Shown here one piece after another: positions 37,304 through 46,518 of a stretch of 64,000 bases of DNA (positions are counted from its first letter, which is position 1; the number at the start of each line of letters is the position of its first letter). The notes beneath the pieces are model-generated. The model worked only from the letters and a program-made list of their open reading frames with translations, was not told the origin of the DNA and did no database searches. The translations under genes and the position numbers were made by a program. The stretch comes from Clostridiaceae bacterium (GTDB taxonomy: Bacteria > Bacillota > Clostridia > Saccharofermentanales > DTU023). The stretch covers positions 1,824 to 65,823 of the forward strand of contig DUNL01000161.1 of NCBI GenBank assembly GCA_012839385.1, in the 5' to 3' direction.

Positions 37304-38257
37304 TTAGTCATCTGTACCGCGCATACGGGGGTCAAACGCGTCTCGCAAGCCGTTGCCTAATAAATTAAACGCTAATACGGTAGTACAAATGAAAAAGGCC
37401 GGGATAAACAACATATGAGGATGGAGTCTGATCATAGCAGTACCTTCCTTTGCCAATACACCCCAACTGGCATTGGGAGGCGCGATACCTAGTCCAATAT
37501 AACTTAAAAACGCTTCTCTAAAAATTGCTGCCGGGATGGCCATCGCTAAATTCGTAATAATTAATCCCATCAGATTAGGTATGATCTCACGAACGATAAT
37601 CATGAAAGTAGACTCACCTAACACACGAGCGGCCAGAACAAATTCCTGTTCCTTTAAGCGATAAACTTCCCCTCTGGTAAAGCGACATGATCCGGCCCAG
37701 CCTGTAATAACCATAGCGACTATCAGGCTCTTAATACCCGGACCGAGAACGACCATGACAAGAATATTAACAATTAAAGCCGGTATGCCATAGATAATAT
37801 CAATGATACGCATCAATATCATATCCAGTTTGCCACCATAATAACCGCTAAAACCACCGATAATTGTTCCGATAACTGAATTGATAAAAGCGGCCATGAA
37901 GCCGATAGACAAGGATACCCGCGCGCCGACCCATATTCTTACCCAAAGATCTCGCCCTAAAGAATCAGTACCAAACCAATGCTCCGCTGAAAAAGTCTGT
38001 TTCATCGCGTAAGCGTCTTGCTGGTCAAATTCATATTGACTTAGCATCGGGGCAAAAATTGCCAGGATCACATACAAGGTTAAGATAATAAGTCCAATAA
38101 AAGCTGCTTTATCTTTACGAATTCTCAGCCAGGATTCCTGCCAGAAAGTCAGACTGGGCCGAGAAATAATTTCCATTTTCTCTGTGCTTTTGCCAACGGT
38201 TCGGAAAAGATCAGGAGTGATTGTCTCTTTATTTGCTTTCGTCATCTTAACTTCCAC
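37304..38257 (-). CDS. oppC: Oligopeptide ABC transporter permease OppC
   Basis: GTDSLGRDLWVRI motif typical of OppC/DppC, and about 6 TM helices. GTG start 7 nt after GGAGGT. Confidence 0.88.
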   Translation of the reverse strand: MEVKMTKANKETITPDLFRTVGKSTEKMEIISRPSLTFWQESWLRIRKDKAAFIGLIILTLYVILAIFAPMLSQYEFDQQDAYAMKQTFSAEHWFGTDSLGRDLWVRIWVGARVSLSIGFMAAFINSVIGTIIGGFSGYYGGKLDMILMRIIDIIYGIPALIVNILVMVVLGPGIKSLIVAMVITGWAGSCRFTRGEVYRLKEQEFVLAARVLGESTFMIIVREIIPNLMGLIITNLAMAIPAAIFREAFLSYIGLGIAPPNASWGVLAKEGTAMIRLHPHMLFIPAFFICTTVLAFNLLGNGLRDAFDPRMRGTDD

Positions 38258-38272
38258 GACTTTTACCTCCGT

Positions 38273-39190
38273 TTACTTGGCGACTCTAACGCGGGGATCG
38301 ATAAAGCCGTAGGCGATATCTACCACCATATTTGCCAGTACCAGGAATATTCCATAGAAGACCGTTTGTCCTAGAATCATGGAATAGTCAAGGTTTTGAA
38401 CACTTTCCACATAATATTTGCCCATGCCGGGTATGGCAAATATTGACTCAATAACGAAAGTACCCGTTAATACAGCGGCAACTGTAGGTCCTAATACCGT
38501 AACCACAGGCATGATCGCATTACGAATCTGGTGTTTCCAAGTAATACGCAAGTTTGAGATACCCTTAGAGCGCGCTGTCTTAATATAATCTTGTTGTACT
38601 ACCTCAAGCATACTTGCTCGCATAATCCTTGATACTGATGCCATAGTATAGAAACCAAGTCCTATGGCCGGCAAAATTGTATGGGCGAAAGTCTTGTATT
38701 GCGCGATAGGTAATAAGCCCCATTTAACCGCGAAGAAGTGCTGCAAAATAGCTCCCACAATAAAATCCGGTACACTAGTGCCAATTACCGCTACGATAAC
38801 AAAAACCAGATCTATTTTATTGCCCCTGTTGAGCGCGGAAATAATTCCGAAAACCAGACCGAAAGACAAAGACATGACCAAAGCTCTAATTCCTAAATCA
38901 AGAGAATATGGAAAGGATTGGCGCAAAAGATTATTAACGGTCTGATTAGGGTATTTCATAGAATATCCAAAATTGCCCCGTAACAGATTACCCAGATAAG
39001 TAGTGTACTGTTGTAACGGAGGTTTATCTAGACCATAGTACGCGTTTAGATTCTCACGTACTGAAGGAGTCATTTTCGGATCGCTGAAGGGATCTCCGGG
39101 CATCAATCTGACAAGAATAAAAACTACTGTTACTAATACTAAAACGGTTAACAGTGAGATTCCTACGCGTTTTACAACATATTTTCCCAC
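38273..39190 (-). CDS. oppB: Oligopeptide ABC transporter permease OppB
   Basis: N-terminus GKYVVKRV.., an EAA-loop-like DYIKTARSKG, and 6 TM helices. GTG 39190 lies 7 nt after GGTGGAGGTG; the longer ORF to 39220 has no SD. Confidence 0.88.
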   Translation of the reverse strand: MGKYVVKRVGISLLTVLVLVTVVFILVRLMPGDPFSDPKMTPSVRENLNAYYGLDKPPLQQYTTYLGNLLRGNFGYSMKYPNQTVNNLLRQSFPYSLDLGIRALVMSLSFGLVFGIISALNRGNKIDLVFVIVAVIGTSVPDFIVGAILQHFFAVKWGLLPIAQYKTFAHTILPAIGLGFYTMASVSRIMRASMLEVVQQDYIKTARSKGISNLRITWKHQIRNAIMPVVTVLGPTVAAVLTGTFVIESIFAIPGMGKYYVESVQNLDYSMILGQTVFYGIFLVLANMVVDIAYGFIDPRVRVAK

Positions 39191-39225
39191 TTGACTACAC
39201 CTCCACCTTACTTCATACACAGGAG

Positions 39226-39260
39226 AGACCCCCGGTGAGAGAAAATCCCACCGGGAGTCT
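39226..39260 (-). other. Intercistronic stem-loop between oppA and oppB
   Basis: CCCGGTG/CACCGGG core extended by flanking pairs, with no clear U tract. This is typical of the attenuator/stabiliser hairpins found after SBP genes. Confidence 0.4.
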
Positions 39261-39292
39261 ATGTATGGCGTTAACTATAGGCTGTCATCAGC

Positions 39293-41005
39293 TTATTCCG
39301 CATTTTTATCGAGATAGAGATAGCTGAAATTAAAGCCTACAAAATAGCCTTCCAGTCCGGTAACGCCGTCAGCGACAAGATAATGTATCTGTCTCAGTTG
39401 CTGAGGAATCACTGCTCCGTCGGCAAGCAAGGTTTTCTCCGCGTTAAAGAGATTGTCCATACGCTCTTTACCGGTGGTGTTTTTAGAAGCTTCCATGTAC
39501 TTATCAAACTCTTCACTGTTGTAGTTGACATAGTTATACGCGTTATCACTTTCGAACAGCTCCAAGTACGCGTAGGGATCTGAATAATCAGGTACCCAGC
39601 CACTCATTATAATGTCGAAGTCGTCGCGACCCGGTTCCAGCATGGAATTCTTGGTCGCGTAAGGAACGAGGTTGATATTGACTGTGATGCCAAGATTGGT
39701 TTTCCATTGACTTTGCAGAATCTCGGCTTCTTTTTTAGCGGTTTCGGCATCGGTAGTGACCATTTTCAACTCGATCTCAGCTGGGTCGGTAATGCCTAAT
39801 TCCGCCAATGCTTTGTCAAGATGCTCTTTAGCTTTGTCGACGTCACCCTTGAGAGGGAAGCCCTCTAAAGGATATTCCTCACCGTATGATTTCTCAACAC
39901 CACTGACCTGGGGCAGTACATAGCGCAGGTTGGGAGTGTAGAGACCGTTGTGGGCCAACATGATATATTCTTCACGATTGATAGCATAGTTAAGCGCCAG
40001 ACGTAAATCTTTATTAGCAAGATATTTGTTTCTCAGGTTGGGACCGCCAAAGTCATTAGCGCCATCAAAATATGATAAACTCTGTCCTTCATACTGAGGT
40101 GCCATGTCCGTGTTGAGTACAACCATGTCCAGCTCACCATTTTCAAACATAGAGAGCTGAGTATTAGATTCGGCGACAGTCAGGATTTCTACCTCATCCA
40201 AATTAATTTTGTCAGCCTCAAAGTAATTGGGATTCTTGGTCAAGGTCATCTTGCCTTCACCAAAAGAAGTTACCACAAAGGCACCACTATAGACTTGTTT
40301 GTCAGGAGTAGCGCAATAATCTTTTCCGAATTCTTCTACAACGTCTTGTCTCTGTGGAGCAAAAAATGACTTGCTCAGCATGCCCAGGAAATATCCGGCC
40401 GGTCTTTCCAACACAATCTCCAGAGTTTTTTCGTCAAGAGCTTTTACTCCCAGTTCTTCCAAGGGTAGCTCACCCTGGTTTACCTTTGCCCCGTTCTTAA
40501 TAATATTGGCAAAGTAACCCATCGGAGAAGCGGTTTCCGGATCAACGAAGCGCTTGATGCCATATTCAAAGTCCTGAGCGGTAATTGGCTCGCCATCATT
40601 CCAGAGAATATCGTCACGCAACTTGAAAGTATAAGTGACCTGGTCATCTGCCAACTCATGACTCTCTGCCAAGGCGGGGCGAATATCGCCTACATCATCG
40701 AGGTAGAGACTTCCGTAGATGTGGTAGCAAATAGTGGCTGAGGGAATACCGTGCACCAGACAGGGATCGAAAGATTCAGGATCGGCATTTAGGGCGTAAC
40801 GGAAAACTTTTTTACCTTCCGCTGGCGGTTCCTCTTCAACGTCCGCGGGTTCTTCTTCAGTTGTCTGGTCAGGCTCTTTTTCAGCGTCGTCCGGGGTATC
40901 AGCTGCGGGAGCATCTGTTTCGTCCGTTTTTTCTTGCGGTGGGCCGCAAGCGACTAAACCTATGACCATGACTGCTACGAGTAATAGAATTAGTACTCTT
41001 TTCAT
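39293..41005 (-). CDS. oppA: Oligopeptide ABC transporter substrate-binding lipoprotein OppA
   Basis: Signal peptide with lipobox LVACG, an acidic Pro/Glu/Asp linker, and a family-5 SBP body of 570 aa. Confidence 0.9.
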   Translation of the reverse strand: MKRVLILLLVAVMVIGLVACGPPQEKTDETDAPAADTPDDAEKEPDQTTEEEPADVEEEPPAEGKKVFRYALNADPESFDPCLVHGIPSATICYHIYGSLYLDDVGDIRPALAESHELADDQVTYTFKLRDDILWNDGEPITAQDFEYGIKRFVDPETASPMGYFANIIKNGAKVNQGELPLEELGVKALDEKTLEIVLERPAGYFLGMLSKSFFAPQRQDVVEEFGKDYCATPDKQVYSGAFVVTSFGEGKMTLTKNPNYFEADKINLDEVEILTVAESNTQLSMFENGELDMVVLNTDMAPQYEGQSLSYFDGANDFGGPNLRNKYLANKDLRLALNYAINREEYIMLAHNGLYTPNLRYVLPQVSGVEKSYGEEYPLEGFPLKGDVDKAKEHLDKALAELGITDPAEIELKMVTTDAETAKKEAEILQSQWKTNLGITVNINLVPYATKNSMLEPGRDDFDIIMSGWVPDYSDPYAYLELFESDNAYNYVNYNSEEFDKYMEASKNTTGKERMDNLFNAEKTLLADGAVIPQQLRQIHYLVADGVTGLEGYFVGFNFSYLYLDKNAE

Positions 41006-41226
41006 ATTTTTTCTCCTTTTATTTTTTATCAGCCAGAATTGTAGTGGTGGCTGATAGTTTCAGTTTAGCCCACAAATATCTGGCGGTCCGAGCCTCGGCT
41101 ACGGTCTACCGTTGTATATTTATGGTTAATTATAGGTCGCATTTGTTAATTATACATCTAAAAATGCGTTAAAGATAGTAATATATTTAATTTGTGGTTG
41201 TCGGTTGGCTTTAAGCATTCCGCAAA

Positions 41227-41439
41227 TTATTTAAGAACGGCTAATATTTCTTCCGCTTTATCTTTATCTTTTCGGTGCACATATAAGTAATACTTTTCCA
41301 AAACATAACCGGCCCTAATCACAAAGCCTGAACCATGTTGACTTTTCAACAGAAAGGGAATGTTATTGTTCTCAAGCAGGCCCTTTGCCAATTCTACATC
41401 TATATATGCTCCGGTGAAGACTAGAACAGTGTCCTCCAT
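41227..41439 (-). CDS. Small DUF2007-like (putative signal-transducing, PII-fold-like) protein
   Basis: 70 aa with a beta-alpha-beta pattern, VLVFTGAYIDVELAKGLLENNNIPFLLK...YVHRKDKDKAEEIL, which resembles DUF2007. It lies 14 nt downstream of proS. Confidence 0.4.
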   Translation of the reverse strand: MEDTVLVFTGAYIDVELAKGLLENNNIPFLLKSQHGSGFVIRAGYVLEKYYLYVHRKDKDKAEEILAVLK

Positions 41440-41453
41440 GCCTACCTCCGATC

Positions 41454-43175
41454 TTAGCTATAAAGTGATCTCTGATAATTACCGCGTTCGCCAAAAATTT
41501 CTTTGATTTTATCTATGACTTTCTCTACGGGCAGAGATATTTCCTCAGTATCTTCCAAGGTTTTGAAGCCCACCTGACCGTCCTTGAGACCTCGACCTAA
41601 AGTAATCCTTGTGTAGGCGCCGATTAATTCCATATCATTGAATTTAACACCCGCTCGCTCATCCCTATCATCAAGTATTACGTCATAACCTAGTTTATGT
41701 AGCTCCTCATACAGTTTGTTGCCTACATTCATTTGCTCTTGTTCTTTGATATTGACTACTACTATGGCGACTTCAACAGGGGCGATTTCTTTGGGCCAGA
41801 GAATGGCCTTATCCGTATGATTCTGTTCTACAATAGCCGCCATACATCGTGCCGGACCTATTCCGTAACTACCCATGAAGACGGGTTGCTTGTTATTGTC
41901 TTTGTCCGTGTAATATACATCCATCGCTTCAGCGTATTTAGTTCCCAGTTTGAAAGTGTTGCCAACCTCTATACCACGCGCGAAGCGTACGACCCCACCT
42001 TTGATCGAGACATCACCCGGGGCGATCATGCGTAGATCCGCCATTTTGTACTGCGGGAAATCATCTAGATTGACATTAATAAAATGTTGATCGACTTCAT
42101 TAGCTCCGGTTACAAAGTTTCTCATCAAGCTGAGTTCCTGGTCCACTAACAAGGGAATCTTGATTCCGATCGGGCCGGCAAAACCTACAGGAGCTCCGGT
42201 AGCTTTTTCAATATCCTCTGATGTTGCCAGAGAGCTTTCATAGCCTCCTACCAGATTTCTTAATTTAGTCTCATTTACATCCCTGTCTCCTCGAATACAG
42301 ACAGCGTAGAGCTTGCCATCAACATCATAAATCATAGTTTTGACAAATTCTTTGGCGGATTGCTTAAGGAATTTAGTTACTTCCTCGATTGTACGAGCGC
42401 CGGGAGTATGAATTTTCGAATAAGCTTTTTTCTCCTCGTTAGAAGGCTCACCGACTAGGATGCAGGGGGTTACTTCAATATTAGTAGCATATTCATTTTC
42501 ATCGTCAATTACGAGTATATCTTCTCCGATAGGGGATAAAGCCTGAAATTCTTCCGACAGCAGCCCACCCATCACCCCGGTATCAGCGGTAACCACAACA
42601 TAATCAAGCTGGAGACGATCAAAGATGTTTTTGTAGGCTTGGTACATTCGGGCATATGAGGCGTCTAAACCTGTCCGATCAAGATCAAAAGTATAAGCGT
42701 CCTTCATCGTGAATTCACGTACTCGGATTAAGCCAAAGCGGGGACGAGGCTCATCTCTATATTTACTTTGAAATTGAAATAAACTGAGCGGGAGATCCTT
42801 ATAAGACTGAATATGCATACGGGCGGCAGCGGCAAAGAGTTCTTCATGTGTCGGGCCCAAGACAAAAGGTCTTTGGAAGCGGTCCTTCAGCGCGAACATG
42901 CTGTTTCCAAAACTCTCACGTCGACCTGACTCAATATAAACATCTTCGGGGATCAAGGCGGGCATAGTTACTTCCAGCGAGTCAATAGCTTCCATTTCCT
43001 CGCGGATGATCTTTTCTATTTTACGCTTGGCCAGCAGACCCAGAGGTAGCATCATATAGACACCGGCTGAAGTTTTTTTGATCATACCGGCGCGAACCAA
43101 TAAATTTCCGCTCGCGGATTCCTCATCATGTTGATCTTCTCTCAGTGTGAAAAAGTAACCTTTTGATAAACGCAT
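41454..43175 (-). CDS. proS: Prolyl-tRNA synthetase (bacterial type with editing insertion)
   Basis: N-terminus MRLSKGYFFTLRE, motif 2 RPRFGLIRVREFTMKDAYTF, motif 3 GSYGIGPARCMAAIVE. ATG 43175 lies 5 nt after GGGAGAG. Confidence 0.95.
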   Translation of the reverse strand: MRLSKGYFFTLREDQHDEESASGNLLVRAGMIKKTSAGVYMMLPLGLLAKRKIEKIIREEMEAIDSLEVTMPALIPEDVYIESGRRESFGNSMFALKDRFQRPFVLGPTHEELFAAAARMHIQSYKDLPLSLFQFQSKYRDEPRPRFGLIRVREFTMKDAYTFDLDRTGLDASYARMYQAYKNIFDRLQLDYVVVTADTGVMGGLLSEEFQALSPIGEDILVIDDENEYATNIEVTPCILVGEPSNEEKKAYSKIHTPGARTIEEVTKFLKQSAKEFVKTMIYDVDGKLYAVCIRGDRDVNETKLRNLVGGYESSLATSEDIEKATGAPVGFAGPIGIKIPLLVDQELSLMRNFVTGANEVDQHFINVNLDDFPQYKMADLRMIAPGDVSIKGGVVRFARGIEVGNTFKLGTKYAEAMDVYYTDKDNNKQPVFMGSYGIGPARCMAAIVEQNHTDKAILWPKEIAPVEVAIVVVNIKEQEQMNVGNKLYEELHKLGYDVILDDRDERAGVKFNDMELIGAYTRITLGRGLKDGQVGFKTLEDTEEISLPVEKVIDKIKEIFGERGNYQRSLYS

Positions 43176-43258
43176 GCATACTCTCCCGTCAGACAATTAA
43201 GCTGTTAATGTTTTGGCGCTGTAATCTACCAATAATAATTTTGCGAAGGCTATAAATT

Positions 43259-43942
43259 TTAGTCCGCTAGCAATAGACGAGATAATTCCTCCGGTTTGAC
43301 GCTTTTTCCGTCTTTGAAAACTCGCATATTGCCTGACGATATTTCATCAATCAGAAGCAGTTCATTATTAGGAGATAAGCCAAATTCAAATTTTATGTCG
43401 TATAGTTCCATATTTTTGTTCTCGATTTTATCTGACACGACTTTGGTGATTTTCCGAGTCAACTCTACCAGCTCTTCGAATCTCTCCCTGGACATTATAT
43501 TGAGAGCTTCCAGACCTTCCGCGGTGATCAAGGGATCATTGCGATCATCGTCTTTCAAAGTTACTTCCACATAGGCCTCCAAGGGATCGCCTTCGTTAAC
43601 ATATTTTCCATAACGCCGATAAAAACTACCCACAGCGCGATAACGACAGATAACTTCAACGCCCTGGCCAAAAAAAGTGGTCGGAACAACTTCCATGCGG
43701 CCCGTCGCGAGATCGGCGGAGATATAGTGAGTCGGTATATCCTGCTGGTCAATTAATTCAAAAAACATTTTACTTACAGCCAGATTCAGTTGACCGATAC
43801 CATCGATGGTTAAGCCCACTGTATTGGCTCCCGGATCAAAAGCTCCATCACTTCCCGTGACGGTATCTTTAAACTGGAGACAATAATTACCGTTATCCAG
43901 CTCATAAACATCTTTGGTTTTTCCGGTGTAAACCTTTTTCAT
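43259..43942 (-). CDS. purC: SAICAR synthetase (PurC)-like protein, stand-alone
   Basis: N-terminal YTGKTKDVY, VEVICRYRAVGSF and DIKFEFG patterns of the SAICAR synthase family. ATG 43942 lies 6 nt after GGGAGGA. No other pur genes are nearby. Confidence 0.65.
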   Translation of the reverse strand: MKKVYTGKTKDVYELDNGNYCLQFKDTVTGSDGAFDPGANTVGLTIDGIGQLNLAVSKMFFELIDQQDIPTHYISADLATGRMEVVPTTFFGQGVEVICRYRAVGSFYRRYGKYVNEGDPLEAYVEVTLKDDDRNDPLITAEGLEALNIMSRERFEELVELTRKITKVVSDKIENKNMELYDIKFEFGLSPNNELLLIDEISSGNMRVFKDGKSVKPEELSRLLLAD

Positions 43943-44098
43943 CAAATTTCCTCCCTACCTGTTTAAGACAAATAGAATTATCACAATATTGTTTGGAGCC
44001 TTATTAGAATACCTGTTTGCTTTCGTATGGTCAAAGTATACGAGAATTTGTTTGTAATGATAGTATTAGTAAGTAATTAATAGGGGGAGGTGCTACTG

Positions 44099-44401
44099 AT
44101 GAATTATGAAAGAAGAATAGAAGCCCTGAGAACTGAAATGAATCGACGCAGGCTTTACGCGTATGTAACAACCGCGGACGCCAATTGGGAATATCTGGCC
44201 GGAATTCCCCGCTTGGGCGGTGAAAGCACCAAGCACAGACAACATAGTTCGCAGTATACTTGTTTGCTTGTAACCATGGATGACGTAATCGCGTTTATGC
44301 CACATTTGAATCTGTACGGCGTCCGGGCTAAACTGGCGAACAAAAAGGCCTTTGCTCGCTTTATTACTTTCCCCGATGGCGATATTCAGGAAAGACAATA
44401 A
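44099..44401 (+). CDS. Xaa-Pro peptidase (M24B), N-terminal creatinase-like fragment; the gene is interrupted by a frameshift
   Basis: YERRIEALRTEM.. is typical of the M24B N-domain. It ends at TAA 44399, and the continuation is in another frame. ATG 44099 lies 8 nt after GGGGGAGG. Confidence 0.6.
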   Translation: MNYERRIEALRTEMNRRRLYAYVTTADANWEYLAGIPRLGGESTKHRQHSSQYTCLLVTMDDVIAFMPHLNLYGVRAKLANKKAFARFITFPDGDIQERQ

Positions 44402-44418
44402 CTAAGAATTTTTTCAGT

Positions 44419-45228
44419 TTGGGTCTTTGCGGCAAAGCGGTCGGGGTCAGCCAGGATGTGAACGCCGCGTTGGTTTTATTACTACAAGAAGAAATCAAAG
44501 CGGAAGTATCTGATCATAACGATATAATATTTGATTTACGCGCGATCAAAGATGAGCAGGAGATTTCTTTAATCAGACGTGCTGTCGAAATTACTGATCA
44601 AATTTTTAAAGATATTTTGAACTTAGTCAGGCCCGGTGTAATTGTTCGTGACATCGAGTGGGAAATAGATCGTCTGATGGAGGAATACGGTGCCAGCACT
44701 AGTTCATTTTCAACTTCAATTTATACCGGTGGAGGGAGACCGGAAGTATATTTTGGTCCCTCCGACGTGGAGATAAAGCAAGGCTCTATTTTAGGCTTAG
44801 ACTATGGTGTCATGTATCGGGGATATTGCACAGATTTTGGGCGCACGATTTTTGTCGGCGAGCCCTCTACTGAGGATAAGAAAATTTATGAGCTGGTGGT
44901 TGAAGCCCAAAGTCGCGGCCTGGCAGAGATGTACCCCGGTTCCTGTGGTGAAAGAGCTGACGCCGCGGCAAGGAAAGTACTGGCTGACGAAGGTTATGGT
45001 GACAGATTCATTCACAAGTTGGGACATGGCATAGGCATGGATGTTCACGAATGTCCTTTCTTAGCCCCCGGCGAAACTACTCCTTTTAAACCGGGGATGA
45101 TATTTACAGTAGAGCCCAGTGTCTATATCCCGGAGAAAGGATTTATACGAGTTGAGGACGAGGTATTAATTACCAGTACCGGTTGTGAGATTATGAGCAG
45201 TATCAGTCATGATCTGGCAATAGTGTAA
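44419..45228 (+). CDS. Xaa-Pro peptidase (M24B), catalytic pita-bread fragment
   Basis: RAIKDEQEISLIRRA, with metal ligands in DYGVMYRGYCTDFGRT, GHGIGMDVHE, FTVEPSVY and RVEDEV. This reading frame is open from 44332, overlapping the N-fragment. Confidence 0.7.
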   Translation: MGLCGKAVGVSQDVNAALVLLLQEEIKAEVSDHNDIIFDLRAIKDEQEISLIRRAVEITDQIFKDILNLVRPGVIVRDIEWEIDRLMEEYGASTSSFSTSIYTGGGRPEVYFGPSDVEIKQGSILGLDYGVMYRGYCTDFGRTIFVGEPSTEDKKIYELVVEAQSRGLAEMYPGSCGERADAAARKVLADEGYGDRFIHKLGHGIGMDVHECPFLAPGETTPFKPGMIFTVEPSVYIPEKGFIRVEDEVLITSTGCEIMSSISHDLAIV

Positions 45229-45344
45229 TTTAGAGCGGTAAAGCCCAAGTTCTGTAACTGTGACATACATCGGGTCGCAATCTTGAAGCGATATATCGTG
45301 TCGGGCTATAAACAAGAGCAATACCGTCACGACGGGAGGAAATA

Positions 45345-46514
45345 GTGCGCATAGTGCATCTAGCGGATCTTCATATAGGAATAAGGATGTACGGCTTCTC
45401 TCTGCTGGAAGACCAGGCCTTTATTTTGGAGCAAATACTGGAGAAAATTGAGCAGATCCAACCGGAGGTCGTCCTCATCGCCGGTGATGTCTATGACAAA
45501 GCGCAACCATCCTCCTCGGCCGTGACCCTGCTGGATAATTTTTTTAATAATTTGCTTCAGTCAGGACGTAATGTGTTGGTGATTCCCGGCAATCATGACT
45601 CGCCGGAAAGATTATCTTTCGGCTCTTCTATATTTAAGAAGCAGGGCTTACATATCGCCGGTCCTTTCGCGGGATCTCCGGAAGTAGTGACCTTGAATGA
45701 CTCACACGGTGAAGTTGATTTCGTCTTACTTCCTTTCCTGCGTCCGGCGACTGTACGACCCTATGCCACGGACAGTCCAATAGATACAGCCGCCGATGCC
45801 GTTCAATTTGCTTTGCGTCAATTGCGGTATAAACCTGAGAAGCGCTATGTGCTTCTGTCTCACCAATTTGTAGTAGTTGGAGGCCAACTCCCCTTGCAGT
45901 CGGAATCAGAAACGGTTTATGCCGGCGGTATAGAATCGGTGGACATCTCCTTGTTTGACAAATTCTCTTACGTCGCGCTAGGACATTTGCACAAACCGCA
46001 AGCCATGGGCAGTCAACATATTCGCTATGCCGGCTCACCCCTTAAATACTCATTTACAGAAAGCAAGCCGGATAAGTATCTACTGCAAATAGATTTGTCA
46101 GCCGAAGGCGAGGCGGTTACAACGGAGCACCCGTTGAGACCTCTCCACGACGTCCGGGAAATTAAAGGAAAATTCCATGACTTGATGGCAGCAGGAGCTA
46201 AGATGGCACGCGATAAAGACAGCTCAACCAGGGATTATCTGAAGATCGTGCTCACGGATGAGGATATTATAGCCGATCCTTTACCGAACCTACGTCAATA
46301 TTTTCCTAATATAATGCAGCTTAAATTAGAGAATATCAGCTACCGGACACCTATCATGGAACAAGAACTGGACAGGGAAGACTTGAAAAGCACAACCCCG
46401 GAAGAAATGTTTGCCCGCTTTTATTATCAGCGAACAAACAAGGAGCTCAACGCGCACGAAAAAGATATTCTTCATCAAGTGGCAAAAAATGCCGGGAAGA
46501 TAAAAGAGAGTTGA
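45345..46514 (+). CDS. sbcD: Exonuclease SbcD (Mre11-like nuclease)
   Basis: Phosphoesterase motifs HLADLHIG, AGDVYD, GNHD and GHLH. GTG start 5 nt after GGGAGG. Confidence 0.9.
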   Translation: MRIVHLADLHIGIRMYGFSLLEDQAFILEQILEKIEQIQPEVVLIAGDVYDKAQPSSSAVTLLDNFFNNLLQSGRNVLVIPGNHDSPERLSFGSSIFKKQGLHIAGPFAGSPEVVTLNDSHGEVDFVLLPFLRPATVRPYATDSPIDTAADAVQFALRQLRYKPEKRYVLLSHQFVVVGGQLPLQSESETVYAGGIESVDISLFDKFSYVALGHLHKPQAMGSQHIRYAGSPLKYSFTESKPDKYLLQIDLSAEGEAVTTEHPLRPLHDVREIKGKFHDLMAAGAKMARDKDSSTRDYLKIVLTDEDIIADPLPNLRQYFPNIMQLKLENISYRTPIMEQELDREDLKSTTPEEMFARFYYQRTNKELNAHEKDILHQVAKNAGKIKES

Positions 46515-46518
46515 GGCC

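Noticed and set aside
43259-43942. A lone purC-like gene as a possibly neofunctionalised paralogue.
   Set aside because: The family motifs look ordinary from what I can read. Stand-alone purC genes are not rare, and I have no sequence-level evidence for altered function.
45634-46038. 134-aa antisense ORF inside sbcD.
   Set aside because: It has no SD and an Arg/Cys/Pro-rich composition typical of an antisense frame. sbcD on the plus strand has all its phosphoesterase motifs.
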